Shown one piece after another: positions 25,116-36,150 of a stretch of DNA of 46,788 nucleotides. The notes beneath the pieces were generated by a model. The model saw only the letters and a list, made by a program, of their open reading frames with translations, did no database searches and was not told the DNA's origin. Within the stretch, counting starts at the first letter, position 1, and each line of letters starts with the position of its first letter. This stretch comes from Octopus bimaculoides (Eukaryota), in assembly GCF_001194135.2 (NCBI RefSeq), contig NC_068983.1, positions 133,290,885-133,337,672 of the forward strand. Reading direction: 5' to 3'. Both the position numbers and the translations under genes were made by a program.

Positions 25116-28100
25116 ACTTCAGTTTTCTATGCTTGCATCGATCAGAAGGAATTAGTTGATGCAGAATTTTTACGGCCGGATGTCATTCCTATCACCAACT
25201 ATCACTTGTTTGAAAGCAAGGTAACATTTCCCCATAATCTGACATCTTTTCATGAAAGACTGGAAATGAACAGCATCACTTGTGTGATGGTGATGCTCGT
25301 TTACAATTATCACGTTATCTAGACAAGTGTAACACACACGTACACATGCGCGCGCTCACGCACAAACACTATGGTTATGACTCGTCTGGATAAGGGTCGG
25401 AATATGGTTAAACAATGACAGCATACAAACAGCTACTAGTACAATACGACTAATACTTCTTACCCAAAGCCTAAAATTCTCTGAAATATTGCTCCTGTCT
25501 CTTTTTACCAGCAAACATGTTTGGAATACTAACTGTGGTGGAATGTGAAGGCTATGCTCTCAACTTCCATTTGGAGTCAACAGTGTTTTATTGAAATATT
25601 TTCTATCTGAAAGTATCTACAGCCCGAGTGTATGAGAGACACTCAACGTGATCACTCAGGTTTCTGAAAACGACAACCAAATTTCCCCCAACTCATAAAA
25701 CTTACTACTTCGTAAAAAGAGAGTGTACACGAGATAATTTAGTTTTATAACACTTAAAAAAAACGATGTAACTAAGGCTAGAATACCTTTATTCCTAGAC
25801 CTGCTTCGTCAGGTTTGATCTAGGTCTAAAGAGCCTTAACAATAAAAGTCTATTATAACAGCTAGATGGACTGAGCTATTGCAGTGTAATTGTCAACGTA
25901 GAGATGAAATGGAACTGATGTGGTTATGGTGTTAATGTCGTTGATAGAAACGAGATTTTATGAGTAATTTGGTCTTTGAAATCAGTAATTCTACATTTCT
26001 GGAAATAACACCTGATAAGTCTATCAGGTTTTATTTTAAATGCAGTCAGGTCGTGTAGTGTAAAAGTAAAGAATTTTCCTTGTAAGAATATGGAAATAGC
26101 AAACGATAGGCGTTAACCATTATAACAGTTCAAAGTAGAAACAATTAGGTTATATAATTTGATTTTGTCCTCTGCGTATCCATGGTTTCGTGTCTAGAAA
26201 AGAATCGATGATTTTTTCATGAATTTAGTATGTAATAATGATGTCTACATAGATATTTAAAGACAATAACTTACGGAAGATATAACTAAACTTCATCTGA
26301 ACTAAAACGGTCTTGCTTCATTTACACATGAAACTACATTTCTATGTAATAACAAAATGTGTAAAGTATGAGCTTCTGGCTTAGAAAGTGTAAACCACGA
26401 AGTTATTGCCTTCACCTCATTTATTTCACTTAGATTATTTCACCTAAATTATTTTAACATATCTCTTGATAAGACTGTGATTTTGAGTGGTAGACATATT
26501 CCAACGCCAAAGACGCCTTTACGAGAGTTCATTTAATTATCAAGTGGTTTAGTACTTATGTATCTTTATAAGAGTCTATGTTATTACAATCTTTGGTGTC
26601 TTTAGTCACAACTTGTGCCACTAGTCCCTAAATAGTTACATGAGAGGTTATTTCTTCTTTGACTGAGCCGTAATTAAAATACATCATCGTTAAATATCAG
26701 TGATTCAACTTTCAGCAAATAACATAAAGGTCTGTCGGAATGAATAAAATCCCAGCTTCCTGTTCTATTGTATTTTGCATTATCCTGACTCGATTATTCA
26801 AATACTGCGGGTGTTCCACTATGATTGTCTTTCTTCTGGTATCATAATTGGTTTTGCTACAGGAATCAATCCATTTATTCTTTTTCTTTACATATCATGT
26901 TTCGCAGCTATGCATTATCCTTATCTTCTGAGTAATTAATGTAGATAACCAAGTGATTTCTCAATCAGTTGTGACAGTAATAAAAGTTATATTTCTAGTT
27001 GGATTTACAACACTACTCTAAACTCCCTTTTGCAAGAAGTTGAAATCTCGTTCTGATTTACAAAAAGCAGACAAATACTGCTCTTTTTATGATTTTATTT
27101 TTTTAACATCGGAGAGTGGCCGTGTTGAAGCAGCAGTTATTGATAAAGTAAATAGATATGTCTTTTACATAGAAACACTGATTTCACAACTTGCCATAAC
27201 ATCCTTCTCTATGTTGGCTTTAAAAAATGAAACGAATTGTATGAAACTAACATAATTTTCTGTAACAATGCTTCTGTTGAATGAACGAAATAAAAAAAAT
27301 TCATTCAGTCACATAAAGTACATATTTGTCCAGTGAAATTGTACAGAAACAGTCTTCTTTGACACAAAGTTAAATTTAAATACATGAAATGAAAGAAAAA
27401 GAAAATATACTAGACTTTGATGAATAATGTTGATGTTTTAAGATTTAAACGGTAGATATCTGAGTTAATGTTGTAAGTATAAGTGGTTTCTATGACTATA
27501 TACCGTATATAGACCAATTCTAAATATCTTTATACATGTATACATACATATACATATATATATATATATATANNNNNNNNNNTATATATATACATATATA
27601 TGTACGTATGTATATATATGTATATGTACATATGTCTGTGTATGTACGTATATATGTGTGTACCTGTGTATGTGTGTCTGTATGCACGTATTTCTATACA
27701 GTTACACAGATCTAATTGTCTACATAGGATGCATTTGGAGTTTACGACCTAATATACATTCCATTCTACACATACATGCATATGTAAATAGAAATGTATG
27801 TAAACACACACAAACACACACAGATACATACATGCATACATATTTATTTATTTGTATGCGCATATATATATTACATATGTACATACATACATGTATGTGT
27901 GTATGCATGTATGTATTTATGTATGTATCTATGTATATAAACGTTCATTAACCTAAGCAACAAATCTTTATTCAGCTAAGCAAGAAACGTAATCATTAAG
28001 ACTGCAAAGCAACAGGTTGTCGGGGCATGTCTCTGATTTAAATAATCAGTGTGAATCCATCTGAAATACACCACTTTAAGCTATGACGGGCCGTGGCAGT

Positions 28101-28264
28101 TCTCAATATTTATTCCAGGACAAGCATTTTACCGAATGATATTGCATATTATTTTTGCGACAACATCGTGTCACATAGTGATGTAGTAACTTGATGACAT
28201 TTTTAGTCGATTGCTAATAACATTTGTGATGTCTTCCAGAGAAATAAAGTGTGCATGTATCTAT

Positions 28265-29232
28265 CTAGGGTGGGTAAAATTCCCGAGATCCTTGAACGAG
28301 TTCTCTCCAGCGGTCTTTGTCCCTCATCATCGCTACAATGTCCTGCGTCTCCCAGAGACCAGTCTCTGTCGTTAGGGCATCAACATACGTCATCCTCGGT
28401 CTCCCTGTTCTAGTGTGCCCATGTAGGGTCTCCCACAGGAGCACTGAGTGCAGTATCAGCCCCGAATGACGGTGAGCATATCCAGCTAACCTCCATCTCC
28501 TCTGTGTTATTTTCGAGCTAACTATTGGGAGGCTCACGTACAGCTTTGAGTTCTTCATCCTCGTGTAGCACCCATCCACCATCTGAGTGAGTTTCTTGGT
28601 TAGTGTCCAAGTCTCATGCCCGTACAACAGCACAGACTCCACTGCAGCAACGAAGAGACGCATCTTCAAGTCTTTACGAAGGTCCGACTTCCATACAGAT
28701 CTCAAACTGTGACATGCTTCCCAGGCTTTGCTCTTCTTCTCAGCTATATCACCCTCTGTGTTCCCAATCTTTGCTCCCAGATACCGGAAGTCCTCAAACA
28801 AATCTAGTGGCTTCCCGCCATTAATTTTCAACCCCACACTTATCGACACAGTCTCCACTTCATGCACCAACTCCTCTGCTTCCCTCACTGTGTTCGTCAC
28901 CAGAACTGACGTCAGCAAATTCAGTATATGATATCTTTTTAGCCTTGACCCTTCTGCTCTGAACTGGCGCTAAAGTAAAGTCAGACTCCTGATGTTTCTC
29001 CAACATAAGGCACATACAATAATCCACTACGATAATAAAAAGGTAGAGAGCCAATGTTTCTCACTGGAACACTCCAGCCAGTATCTCAAAAAACTCCGTT
29101 GTCCCGTCAGGTGTAATGACTTGGGATGTGGTGTTGGTGTAGTGCCGTGATATCAGGCCCACTATCTTTTTGAGGGTTACATAAGTCTGTAAAATCTTCA
29201 TCAGTCAGTGACAGTCCACAGAATCAAAGGCC

Positions 29233-29236
<4 letters not shown>
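28265..29236 (-). mobile_element. RTE-clade LINE, reverse-transcriptase C-terminal half (5'-truncated, frameshifted)
   Basis: KAFDSV...TPDGTTEFFEILAGVFQ*ETLALYLFIIVVDY...YTEFAD (RT YADD-equivalent)...VGLKIN...FRYLG...VESVLLYGHETWTLTKK...LAGYAHRH...TGRPRMTYVD...RWRELV. Confidence 0.92.
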
Positions 29237-29292
<56 letters not shown>

Positions 29293-29322
29293 TGTGTTTA
29301 AATACTTCTAAATCTCTATACA

Positions 29323-29700
29323 TATACGTTATTTACATTATTTGCATTTGACGGATATTTGTTCTCGTCTTCTTTGTTGTTAACACAACAAATATATACC
29401 CTCCAGCCTTCATCAGGTGTCATGCGGAAACTTCGAACCTGGGTTCTCATTCCTAAGGTATTTTTCGATGTTGTTGTTATTATTATCATTATTATTATTA
29501 TTATTATTATTATTAACATCGAAAATTACCTTAGGAATGAGAACCCAGGTACGAAATTTCCGCAAAACACCTGATGAAGGTTGGAGTGTATATCAGCCGA
29601 AATATTGTGTTAACAACAAAGAAGATGAGGACAAATATCCGTCAAACATAAATAATGTAAGTAATGTATATAATTCCTCATCTCTTAAATATAGAACTGT
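29323..29700. mobile_element. Palindromic Penelope-type terminal-repeat element: two ~150-bp inverted arms around an (ATT)n spacer
   Basis: Arm 29323-29472 is the reverse complement of 29515-29672 with scattered mismatches. Each arm carries a hammerhead motif; the left one has a deletion. Confidence 0.8.
29566..29611 (+). ncRNA. Minimal type I hammerhead ribozyme motif with intact core
   Basis: Stem I AACAC/GTGTT; core CTGATGA plus an extra A; stem II GGTTG/CAGCC; GAA; palindromic stem III ATAT; predicted cleavage after AUU (29606). Confidence 0.7.
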
Positions 29701-30066
29701 ATTCTATACATACATATACATAAATATATATATATATATATATGCACACACACACACGCACACGTGTATGTATGTTTCTATGTATATATGTATGTGTGTA
29801 TGTTTTTATATATGTATGTATGTATGTAAAGATTAATATAAACAGAAACGTATACATTTATATTTATGATTAAATCTGTGATTACTGAACATATTTTATT
29901 TCATTTCCTGAATTGAATTTAAAACAGGTGTATTAATGTAGTGTCACACAATCCAATTTGGCAGACTGACTTTTATTCAATTATTGTCCAAGATTAATCT
30001 ATAATATTTAATATGGGAGTGGTTATCTGTCAACGAGCTGGCCACTGATACTCTACGACCATTGCA

Positions 30067-30303
30067 CGAGGAGGTGCCAAAAACTTCCTGGTTTTAAGGG
30101 TATGATGAAAGGCCCTTATTGAGCCCCCGCCCCACCCACACACACACACACCTTTCAAGTTGTTTTACAAGGCTGGGAAAACTGAAGGACCATTACAATA
30201 AGTATGTGAATCTGAGAGGGAAACATGTTGAATAAAATTATAATTAACTGATCCTCCTGTATTTTCTTTTACCGAAAGCCAGGAAATTTTCAGCACGCCC
30301 TCA
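30067..30303 (+). mobile_element. Mariner-derived non-autonomous MITE
   Basis: TIRs CGAGGAGGTGCCAAAAACTTCCTGG and CCAGGAAATTTTCAGCACGCCCTCA(TA). Residual transposase end KDHYNKYVNLRGKHVE*. TA on the right, CA on the left. Confidence 0.8.
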
Positions 30304-30979
30304 TATATTTTAGAAAGCCAATTATTGAAGAGTTCATACAGTATAGGGAAATGTTTCTGCTTTGTTCCTCATTCCATTTTTTATGATATACGCCCATCCT
30401 CACACAGCCTCTATCAAAAAATAATCTATCAAATCGACAATACCATATTTATCATTACACCTCTTATAACGTATCTCCTACATATTTATATCTTTATTTA
30501 TGTCTAATATTTCAACTTTAATTATTCCTTGTTTTCCTTTTCTTGTAAATATTGTTGCCGTGGCACTGCTATCTTCTTTAGTAGTCTTCATAGCGTTGCT
30601 TTAGCGCTAGTAGCTTCTTCACTTCTGATCTATTCTTTCTACCAACTTGACATTGCGTTCAATAATTCTTTATATTGATAATTAACAAATATTTTGCAGT
30701 ATTTCTATTGATAGATATATCTCTTGTCAAATGTTTTTTTATGCTTTAGTTCTTATTTTCTCTTATGACTATTTTTTTTTTATCTTTGTCTGCAGTTTCT
30801 TGAATCTACATCAAACGCTCGTGTTTTTTTTGTTTTTTGTTTTTTTTATCAAAGACTCTTTTGGTTCCATTTGTAAGACAAAATGGTTCCTCGTCATGTT
30901 TCTTTTGTCTTATTGTTTTCCGCCCATTGTTAGTCTGTTTATCAGCCACTTATATGTTATTTAAGTATACATGTTGCTG

Positions 30980-31560
30980 TCCTTATTATTCCTGTTGTTG
31001 TTGCTGTTGTTGTTGTTATTGTTTTTGTTGGTGGAGGGTGCTGGTAGTGGTGGCCGTCGTCGTTGTCGTGGCGGCGGCGTTGGTGGTGGTGGTCGTGGTG
31101 TAAATATTGTTTCACTGAGACTCTTTCTCTGGTAATGTGTTTGGGTTATTGTCTGACTGTCTGTTGCACTGTCCGTCTTTCTGTCTGTCTGGCTGTCAGT
31201 CTTTGTATGCAATTGTTTGAATATTTGGTAAAAGGAAGAAAACAGCAGAAAGAAAAAAATGGGTGCGACCTAGATAGGAAAATTGATATATTAATTTATG
31301 ATGAAAGACTAAATATAATTAGATATCTCGTTGTTTAGTTAAATGAAATTCAAAGACCAAAGGTTGTTGACAATTTAAGAAAGCAACAACAGAAGTTATT
31401 TACTGCAGAAAAACAAATTATGTATTTAATATTTATGAAATTCAGGAAGATGATGATGGCGATGATGATGATTATGATGATGGTTAAGATGGTGATGGTG
31501 GTGGTGGTGGTGGTGGTGGTGGTGACGATGACGACTACGGTGACAGTGACTACGTCAGTG
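30980..31560. repeat. Trinucleotide tracts (TTG, GTG, GAT) and a GTCT repeat
   Basis: Visible at 30990-31100, 31150-31200 and 31450-31550. Confidence 0.85.
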
Positions 31561-32124
31561 AGCTTATTGGGTCGATTATGTAGAAAATATAATTATGCAG
31601 AAAGTGAAGTGAAACAAAGAATAAAGAGCAACCAAAATAATAGAAACATTTTTTTAAATCTTCAGAAATATTCAGAATGTTACTTCAAGCATGGAAGATG
31701 GAGAGACAATGGGGGTATCTCTAACTTGAAATCGAGTTCAAATGCAGGCAGTATGCGTTCAATCAATAGACACTCTCTGTGCAGAAAACTTATAAATCAA
31801 GCGATTACACTTCAATGGTTTGAAACCAACAAAATATTTCAATGTGGTTTCTCGATTTGTTGATGACAGCCACAAATTCTTTATCAAATCTGATGAGAAA
31901 GAAATGGCGCAATTGATAATGTAGTCCAGGCTAAACAAAAAAGAAAGGATGGCAATGTATGGAAAGTAGATGGTAATAGTTCTCTGCAGTATGAGTTGAC
32001 TTGAGGATAAATAACAATATCAAAAACAACAGTAAATGTACCAAACATAACAATTTATCTTTTATACTGTATTCAAATGAAATGTGATCAGCCATCCTCC
32101 AGTTATGTATATAATATATATATT

Positions 32125-32410
32125 CTTTTACTCTTTTACTTGTTTCAGTCATTTGACTGCGGCCATGCTGGAGCACCGCCTTTTGTCGAACAAATCGACC
32201 CCAGGACTTATTCTTTGGAAGCCTAGTACTTATTCTATCGGTCTCTTTTGCCGAACCGCTAATTTATGGGGACGTAATCACACCTGCATCGGTTGTCAAG
32301 CGATGTTGGGGGGACAAACACAGACACACAAACATACACACACATACACACACACTTACATACATATATATACATACATACGACGGGCTTCTTTCAGTTT
32401 CCGTCTACCG
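32125..32410 (-). mobile_element. SINE family A, well preserved, 5' end lost in gap
   Basis: ttgtttcagtcatttgactgcggccatgctggagcaccgcc...gccgaaccgctaa...gacgggcttctttcagtttccgtctacc. Confidence 0.92.
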
Positions 32411-33409
32411 NNNNNNNNNNNNNNNNNNNNNNNNNNNNNNNNNNNNNNNNNNNNNNNNNNNNNNNNNNNNNNNNNNNNNNNNNNNNNNNNNNNNNNNNNN
32501 NNNNNNNNNNNNNNNNNNNNNNNNNNNNNNNNNNNNNNNNNNNNNNNNNNNNNNNNNNNNNNNNNNNNNNNNNNNNNNNNNNNNNNNNNNNNNNNNNNNN
32601 NNNNNNNNNNNNNNNNNNNNNNNNNNNNNNNNNNNNNNNNNNNNNNNNNNNNNNNNNNNNNNNNNNNNNNNNNNNNNNNNNNNNNNNNNNNNNNNNNNNN
32701 NNNNNNNNNNNNNNNNNNNNNNNNNNNNNNNNNNNNNNNNNNNNNNNNNNNNNNNNNNNNNNNNNNNNNNNNNNNNNNNNNNNNNNNNNNNNNNNNNNNN
32801 NNNNNNNNNNNNNNNNNNNNNNNNNNNNNNNNNNNNNNNNNNNNNNNNNNNNNNNNNNNNNNNNNNNNNNNNNNNNNNNNNNNNNNNNNNNNNNNNNNNN
32901 NNNNNNNNNNNNNNNNNNNNNNNNNNNNNNNNNNNNNNNNNNNNNNNNNNNNNNNNNNNNNNNNNNNNNNNNNNNNNNNNNNNNNNNNNNNNNNNNNNNN
33001 NNNNNNNNNNNNNNNNNNNNNNNNNNNNNNNNNNNNNNNNNNNNNNNNNNNNNNNNNNNNNNNNNNNNNNNNNNNNNNNNNNNNNNNNNNNNNNNNNNNN
33101 NNNNNNNNNNNNNNNNNNNNNNNNNNNNNNNNNNNNNNNNNNNNNNNNNNNNNNNNNNNNNNNNNNNNNNNNNNNNNNNNNNNNNNNNNNNNNNNNNNNN
33201 NNNNNNNNNNNNNNNNNNNNNNNNNNNNNNNNNNNNNNNNNNNNNNNNNNNNNNNNNNNNNNNNNNNNNNNNNNNNNNNNNNNNNNNNNNNNNNNNNNNN
33301 NNNNNNNNNNNNNNNNNNNNNNNNNNNNNTCTAGCTAGCTATCTTATATATATATAAGATAGATAAATATATGTGTGTGTGTGTGTATTTGTATGTATGT
33401 ATGTATGTA

Positions 33410-33879
33410 CCGGGTGGGACAGTGTGGACGGAGGCTTTTAAAATGTTCACATAATCATTAATTTTAGCTGCAAACAAACTTTGCCATTGAAACCGTGAAA
33501 CCGGGCCCATGACCCTGGCTAGGCTTTAAAAGGGATGCTGTCAGAACCCCTGCTGTGTCACTTCAAGCTGCCCACGGCTTCGTAGTAACAATTTCAGGTC
33601 TGTATGTCACGTTTTGCAGCCTTTCCGGTGTTCACAGAGCATTGAGCAGCTGTCATGATGTCGGTATTTTTGATATCCAGCGTGAAACATCATGATACAA
33701 TTAACTGTTTTCCAACATTCAGATGGCTTCCAATCCTCCATGTCAGCTTTATATTTTCAGTTACAATATTAATTGCTTTGCTCTTCACTGCCGTTGACTC
33801 TTCACCAACACATCAAGCTGCCCGAACCTCCAAATATGGTGACATAAAAGATTTCATCTAATTTAGCCCGTACACCTTG
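33410..33879 (-). mobile_element. Probable non-autonomous Tc1/mariner derivative
   Basis: Ends TA|CCGGGTG and CACCTTG|TA form weak TIRs similar in style to the 2441-3132 element. Short remnant IMTAAQCSVNT...YEAVGSLK*HSRGSDS. Confidence 0.4.
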
Positions 33880-33970
33880 TATTTATGTGTATTTGCGTGT
33901 CTATGTATAGATATGTGTGTATTATGTATGTACATTTACTTGTATACATATGTGTGTGGGGGAGGTGCGT

Positions 33971-34645
33971 GTGTTGGACTTTTAGAACAAGAGATCAGGA
34001 AACCATGATGGTGCTCTGGAAGACACTTGTTCTAAGCCACTTTGACTATTGCTCTCAGCTATGGTCACCAACCAGTGTCAAATTAATCTCAGAACTTGAG
34101 GCAATCCCACGAAGCTACACGAATATAAGCTATTGGGAAAGACTCAAGAGATTAAGACTCTATTCCTTAGAGCGTAGACGAGAAAGATATGCCATAATAC
34201 ACATCTGGAATATCCTCGAAGGAATTGTCCCAAATTTTTGCATCGAAAGTTACACAAATAAAAGAACTGGACGCCATTGCATAGTGCCAAGGACTCAAAA
34301 TTTGCCATCAAGATGTAGGACAAGATACTGCAATAGCCTGAGCTTCAAAGGTCCCCAGCTCTTCAATATCCTCCCGAAGGACCTGAGAGACCTGCATGCG
34401 GTGGATGTAGGTGTCTTCAAGACAAGGCTGGACCTCTTCCTGTCAGGTGTCCCAGATGAACCAACTTCACAGCAGGAGGCGCAGATGAGAGCAGCTGCAT
34501 CAAACTCTCTCATGCACCAAATGTCAATTCCTGAAGTAAAATTCGTGAAGTAAAATTGTGTAGCAACACAAAATGGCGGTGCCCCAGCATGGCCACAGCT
34601 CATGAGCTGAAACTAGATAAAATGAAAATGAAAAAAAAATGAAAA
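33971..34645 (+). mobile_element. CR1/L2-group LINE, 3' end of ORF2 plus 3' tail
   Basis: TFRTRD...LWKTLVLSHFDYCSQLWSP...SYWERLKRLRLYSLERRRERY...GPQLFNILP...FKTRLDLFLSGVPDEP...RAAASNSL, stop at 34553, then a structured tail and (AAATG)-like repeats. Confidence 0.85.
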
Positions 34646-34689
34646 TATATATATGAAGTAGTTTTGTTGAAGTTTGAAGCATCGTGTGG

Positions 34690-35545
34690 TATAACTTTGA
34701 AGGGATTTGTAGTGCCAGGCCGAAACAATAGGAGGAGGTACAAAGCAAACTACAAAATGAAGAGGGAAACAAAACAAAGTTGCAGTTTACCTTATTTTTC
34801 TATATTTCGGAATTATGAAATAACACTTTGACACTTGGCAAACGCGGTAGTTGGGAAAATCGTGGCTCAGGTGAGTCAGGCAACAAGGAGGCAGGTGACA
34901 TGTGCAACTGGTGTTGCTATTGCAAACAGTTTGCTTCGTGTAGTTCTTTCTTATTGTTAATGGCTGGTCTCAATTTGTTTATAAGGAGGAACTCCATGAT
35001 TCTGAAATTGCACCTTATGCGTTCGGTGGTGCTGATGGAAATTTCAAAGATTTAGGTTTGGCCCTATATTTGATGTTTCGTTATTGACGTATCCATGTTC
35101 TTTCACGGGGATCTGCAATTTTCTCGCGGTGCTCTCTATGTAGGATGCCCCACATTTATTGCAGACTACCTCGTATACCACATAGGCCCTCGAGCTCGTT
35201 TTAGTGTCACTGATGGTGCAATTGGTTAATGTGAGCCCCACGATCCTATCTCTAGTATTATTCCTCCAGCCATTAACCACAGGAAGGAACTACATGAAGC
35301 AGATTGGTTGTTATAGCAACACCATTGTGCGCATGCCACCTTCCTCCTTTCTCCCCCTACACACTTAAGCAACGACTTTTTCAACTACCTCTTTTTTGCC
35401 AAATGTCCTGAAGAAAGGTGTTATAACACCGAAATATAGAAATACAAGGTAAAACTGCAACTTTGTTTTGTTTTCTTTCCCTTTTGTTGTTTACTTTGTA
35501 CCATCTCCCATTGTTCCGGCCTTACACAACAAATCTCTTTAGAAT
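34690..35545 (-). mobile_element. 5'-truncated Penelope-like element: GIY-YIG endonuclease remnant between inverted terminal repeats
   Basis: VVYEVVCNKCGASYIESTARKLQIPVKEH (GIY-YIG motif) and IMEFLLINKLRPAINNKKE at 34918-35280. Arms ~34690-34845 and ~35395-35545 are inverted copies. Confidence 0.85.
35403..35443 (+). ncRNA. Type I hammerhead-like motif in the Penelope inverted terminal repeat
   Basis: ATGTC, CTGAAGA, AA, GGTGT-TATA-ACACC, GAA, ATAT, A, GAAAT. Stem I has one mismatch and there are two extra A residues. Confidence 0.55.
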
Positions 35546-35704
35546 ATGTGTAAATGAAATACACCTGGAAAATAAGTTTGAGATAGCTCTACAAAGTGCA
35601 GTTTCAGTTGAACCCAATGTGAACATGATAATCATCAAATCCTACTTTATTCAGAATTTAGACGCAAAATATCTCACTTATAGCTTTCTCCACTCTATGG
35701 TTAC

Positions 35705-36150
35705 AGCATTGCGTCACCCTACCACAGTTAGTTACCCTACTGCAATTAGTAACCCAACTGCAGTTAGTTATCCCACTATAGCTAGTTACTCCGTTACAGA
35801 TACTTAACACACTACAGTTTGTAATCCTATTACAATTTCTAAACCCATTAGTTAGTTACCCCACTACAATAAGGCCACTACGTTTAGCCCACTGCAGTTA
35901 ATTATGTCACTACAGTAAATTACCTGACAGTAATAAGCTAAACTACTGCAATTAATTAGCCCATTAGATTTATTTATTTATCTCTACGGCTAGTTGTTTC
36001 ACTAAAGTTAGTTACTCTACTACAGTTAGCTATCCCTACTGCAATTAGTTAGTCAATTAGTGTTAGTTACTCTACTACAGTTAGCCTGCGGTTGTTAGAC
36101 ACACCACTACAGTCTGTTAATACACGACAGTTTGCTACCCCATTACATGT
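35705..36150. repeat. Diverged ~18-20-bp minisatellite (CCCTACTACAGTTAGTTA-like)
   Basis: Recurrent ccctac/cccact...acagttagtta units, ~20 copies. Confidence 0.8.

Noticed and set aside
25120-25330. Possible further retroposon (ttttacggccggatgtcattcct motif)
   Set aside because: It is probably a repeat, but it is a single degenerate copy with no definable ends, so no family call is supported.
29195-29215. CTGATGAAGA on the minus strand
   Set aside because: It is RTE coding sequence (LMKIL) with no stem II or GAAA.
31420-31863. 147-aa ORF
   Set aside because: It stays open mainly through (GAT)/(GTG) tracts, and the rest has no recognisable motif.
33885-34553. 222-aa ORF as a host gene
   Set aside because: The N-terminus is microsatellite and the remainder is the ORF2 end of a CR1/L2-group LINE.
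3590-36150. CRISPR-like arrays
   Set aside because: The short repeats (3590-3660, 35705-36150) are tandem without unique spacers, the context is eukaryotic, and there are no cas genes.
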